Position numbers and translations under genes: made by a program. A stretch of 64,000 nucleotides of DNA, taken from contig NW_003314265.1 in the NCBI RefSeq assembly GCF_000143415.4, positions 262,405-326,404 of the forward strand, given 5' to 3'. The notes under the pieces are model-generated. The model did no database searches. It was not told where the DNA came from and saw only the letters and a program-made list of their open reading frames with translations. Source of the DNA: Selaginella moellendorffii. Lineage: Eukaryota; Plantae; Lycopodiophyta. Below, piece by piece: positions 60,030 through 64,000 of the stretch; positions within the stretch are counted from its first letter, which is position 1, and each line of letters begins with the position of its first letter.

Positions 60030-62707
60030 ATGGCTTCGCACTCGCTTGGTGTTCTGGGCTCGCCGTGCTCGCCCCACAAGAGCACCAATGGTGCTTCCGG
60101 CTGTGGCGCGGCCTCCTGGTCCTTGCATCCTCCGGCCGGGAAAGAGAGGCAATCGATCATTACCAATGCTCCCTATAAGAGCGTCTCAATCTCCTCCACA
60201 AAGAAGACCACTCGGATAGTGGTCTGGCCTCAATCCAATTCTTGATTTGTTATCGGCTTTGTGTGTGTGGTTGTCAATGGATTTGCTCGTTCTCGTGTAG
60301 ATTTACGCTCGGAAGCAAGGGGGTGGCCTCAACGTTATGATCTCAGGCGCCCCAGCGTCAGGCAAGGGCACGCAATGTGAGATGATCAAAGACAAGGTAT
60401 GATCCATCCACTGAAAGTTGTGTTGCAAGCTTACATTGTGTGTGACAATTCTAGTACAATCTGGTCCATATTTCCGCTGGAGATTTGCTACGAGCGGAAG
60501 TTGCCGCAGGCACTGATTATGGGAAGAGGGCCAAGGAGTTTATGGATCAAGGCAAACTTGTTCCCGATGATGTAGTGGTCTCGGTAAGTTCTATCGCATA
60601 ATTCTCTTTCATTCTCACTCGCGAAAGTTTTCATAGATGGTCAAGCAAAGATTGCAGCTACCAGATGTTTGCGAAGCTGGCTGGCTCCTGGATGGATATC
60701 CCCGGAGTTTATCACAGGCTCAAGCACTCGAAGCTCTGAAAATAAGACCACAGCTTTTCATACTACTGGAGGCAAGTATTGCCTCTTTTCTTCGACTTGG
60801 TTCTTCACGCTGAATTTCTCAGGTGCCCGAAGACGTCTTGATCGAGCGAGTGGTCGGAAGAAGGCTCGATCCCGTGACTGGAAAGATTTACCACCTCAAG
60901 CATTTCCCTCCCGAGGATCCAGAGGTTGCCGCGAGGCTGATTCAACGCAGTGACGACACCGAAAAAAAGGTAAAGATGTTGTTTTTAAGAATGTTTCATA
61001 GCTAAACTTCCTAGGCAATGGAGCGCTTGCGAACTTACCACGAGAACCTCGCTTCTGTGTTGTCTGTGTACGAGAGCTGCATCAAAACTGTATGTGGTGA
61101 TTGATTGATCTTTTCTTTTTTCGAGAGAAAAGCTTTGATGCATGTAATGCCAGGTTGATGGTAATCGACCCAAGAGCGAGGTTTTTGGAGACATTAGTAG
61201 CTTTCTGGACGATCGTATCAAGGTTGGCTAGTTCGTTCTCGGTCATAGTTCCTTTCTAAACAGCGTATTTTCCTCTTTGAAGGCTGCTACAAAAGTATCC
61301 AAGCCTAAGCAGGTATTTTCTCAACTCGGTAAGTTAAGAAGCTTTCCTTTCCAGCTGAGAGCTCCATTCTAGAGCAAACTTCCAGGACAGCTGGAGAGGG
61401 ATGCCGACTAAACTAAATAGCATCCCGCACTCGAGAGAAATCCGCGAGTATTTCTACACAGAGGTCTGCGAAGGCGTGAGAAATGCGGTTGAAGACGGCC
61501 TTCACAAGCTCAAGGTTTGCTCAGCTGATGATATATTCGCATAATAAAGTCTTATTACAATCAGGTTGAAATCACAATACCGGAGCTGAATCCTGAGATG
61601 GTATTTGTCAAAAGACACAGCCTTTTTGTTCTGGCTTTTGATGATCAAGCTCTCTTGTGCAGGATGTTTACAGAGCTGGAACCTTGCTGGAGCTGGTGCG
61701 AGAGCTTGCATTTACGTTTGCCAACGATGGGAAAAGAGTTAAAGTATTTGATTTCTTCATTCCTTATTGTTTCTCTTTTCAGTTCATTCACTAGGAAGAA
61801 CTTGACGAGCTTAAACTTCTTTCAGGTTTGTGTACAAGGCCCAATGGGAGAAGGGATTTTCAGAGGAATGCCACTGCAACTCTCGGGCTCCAGGATGATG
61901 CTCGAGGTTATGGACTGGGGCGATTACGGAGCAAAAGGAACGTTTGTCAACATTGGTGCAATAGGTGCCAAAGTCATGAATGCTTTTTGTTTTTTGGATC
62001 GATGGATGTACTGATCTCTCTCTGTCAGCTGCAAGCGATGTATCCGAAACGGATGACATGTTCATCCTCATGGCTCCGCAAAATGCCGTCGGAAATTGCA
62101 TCATAGAGGTGAAAGTCGTGTGTTGATTATCTCCTTGTTTGTTCATTTCAAAGAGAGTTTTCTATTGTTACAGGATTTACAAGCAATGGTGCAAGCAGCC
62201 GGAGACAGACCAGTTATTCTCGTCAATCCGCAGCTCAAGGTGACGAACTCAAGTTAGAACATTATGGAAACTAAAACTCACAAGTAATCGTTTTCTTTTG
62301 TGCTTGCAGGACGTTCCAGGCGCCGGAGGAGTGATGCAGGTAAACTATAGCTTGGAATGTATAAGAAAGTAAGTTCCGTTGTCTTTGATTTTCCTAGGTG
62401 ATTGGGAGAGAGCAAAGGATGGAGTTTTCAGACTCTTTCTTCGTTTGCTACTCTTTCAGGCTTCTCTACAGAGCTGGAACGTTCTATCCAATCATGGGAG
62501 CGCTCAGGTGAGCGAGAGAGCAAGCTCGAATTCCTCCATTGAAAAAAAATTGTTTGATCTTGCAGGATGAAGTATCCTGGCCCCTACGAAGTCCACAAGC
62601 GAATCGACACAGGCTACAGCAGTGAGACATACATCCAGGAAGCAACATTCCCAGGCCGCCCCACCCCGACAGAGCTGCAAGACGTCTTTGCCGGGCGATC
62701 GAAGTAA
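60030..62707 (+). CDS. AMK5: Chloroplast adenylate kinase 5 with C-terminal DUF1995 domain (At5g35170-like)
   Basis: Transit peptide, [14 protein letters not shown]-loop, [32 protein letters not shown], then [26 protein letters not shown] and APQNAVGNC. Confidence 0.92.
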
Positions 62708-63116
62708 GTTTTCGTTGCTCGTGACTTCTTCCTCACAAGGAATGCTGGTTGTGATCCAGAGAGGCAAGCAAAACCAAAAGCATCTGGTCCTTCTTCGGAA
62801 TCTAACAAGAGCAAGCGTTTCACTGAGAGAGAGAGAGAGTGAGGACGAAGATAAGAAACAAAGCACTTGCTTAATTCCAAGTACCTATCATATTTCTTCC
62901 ACTCGTGTCATCCCAAAACGGGGGTGTGGCGGCGCTCTGGAGAATTACTACCGCAAAAAACACGAAGGAAAGAAAGCTTGCTCCTCGTGAGAAACTTGCG
63001 AAGAGAAACTAGAAAATATGCGTACCCGAAGAAAACAACGAATGAATGCCTTGCAGAAGCAATTGGAGGAAGCTCCAGATTTTCAAAACATTAGCAAAAT
63101 TAGACATGTTTACCAG

Positions 63117-64000
63117 CTACCAGGAGACAACCATGGCGTGGCTGCGGTCTTCGTTGGCAGGGACATGCTCTCGAGGAGCAGCTTCAAAGTCAGTAATGGT
63201 CTGCCCATAAAAGCTCGCGTCAGTGTTGTATCTCAAGCGCTTACCGAGCAGCGGACTCATTCCCGGGGTCACGAGTCCTCCGGGCTTGTTGGCCGCTGAC
63301 AGAAACGGAGATCTCAGCGGCGACAACACGGGACTCTTGGCGGGCGTCGTCGGTCGTTGTCTGAAGCCTGGAGTTTCTGGTATTGTGCTGGTGAGGGGCA
63401 TGCTCGAAGGGAGCGTTGGAAGCTGCCGAAAGCTGAATTCCTCTACGCGCGAGGTTGCTTCTGCCGCCTGTGATGGATCAAAGTCCATGTTGTCGAGCCG
63501 GCCGTCCTCCGTAGCGTTCATTAGCTGCTCACGCTCCACTTCCGGGAGAATCTCCAGCGATTTTTCCTGCACAACACAACGCATATTAGAGAGTCAGGAA
63601 CAGAAGTACGACGTACCATCAGTTTTGTTCGCTGCTCACATATCCTTTGCACCACGTCTGTGCTCATGTTCTCCATTATATATTGCCGCTCAAGGCTGAG
63701 CAAGCGCCTATGGACTGCATAGGCTTCTGAGAAACGGCACCGCTGGAAGAAGAAAAAAGCAAAAGAAGTTAGGAAACTCAACAGCTGCATAAAAACGTAC
63801 CTGAAGATAGAAAGCGGCCAGAAGACTTCCAGAGGACGATGATGGATCCTCCATCGCCTGCTCGAGAAGACATTTCCTCAGAACTTTCTCCTCGTCCAGC
63901 TTCCAAGGGAGCTCCAACACCTTTACCATGCAGTTCTTCCTTATGCAGATAAAGCATAACTCCCCTAACAAAACGTCCAATTCCTGTATCCAGTCCCTGG
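63117..64000 (-). CDS. HOS1: HOS1 E3 ligase/ELYS-like nucleoporin, 3' part (5' end outside window; true last exon uncertain)
   Basis: ELCFICIRKN..LELPWKLDEEKVLRKCLL..DPSSSSGSLLAAFYLQ|RCRFSEAY resembles the recalled HOS1 ELYS-adjacent region, followed by an S/T-P-rich tail. Confidence 0.8.

Noticed and set aside
61965-61975. Intron start gtgccaaa reading as conserved GAK, suggesting intron sliding in AMK5
   Set aside because: Normal splicing gives a same-length peptide, and an 8-nt match may be chance.

Overview
Compact, intron-rich plant nuclear DNA with short (50-90 nt) introns, tiny intergenic spacers and teloboxes. It looks like a lycophyte, most likely Selaginella; this is inferred from style and gene content, not proven. 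About 17 protein-coding genes are supported, in order: GH27 alpha-galactosidase (5'-truncated), class I LBD, peroxisomal enoyl-CoA hydratase, a greatly enlarged At1g53645-type mitoribosome-associated protein, PPR-SMR EMB1270, asparagine synthetase, SMXL, EXECUTER, class II LBD, a DUF266/GT14-like glycosyltransferase, a putative FSIP1-like protein, a SOFL/VUP-motif protein with a cryptic HLH domain, RRN3, an At1g16080-like protein, an AVT-type amino acid transporter, plastid adenylate kinase AMK5 and the 3' part of HOS1. There is also a decayed Ty3/gypsy element and an AT-rich repeat family. Best leads: (1) a spliced gene that joins SOFL/VUP1 motifs, a basic-less HLH with canonical bHLH intron positions and the LxxKGxCxxPxS tail, a possible link between bHLH factors and the SOFL/VUP family; (2) deletion-riddled 'ghost' duplicates at 2.2-5.9 kb, including a ~7.6-kb tandem duplication collapsed to ~0.5 kb; (3) PPR-like modules inserted in the mitoribosome protein; (4) a likely FSIP1 (animal sperm-flagellum) homolog; (5) a 49-bp stop-to-start spacer. 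Family assignments come from recalled motifs, not database searches.
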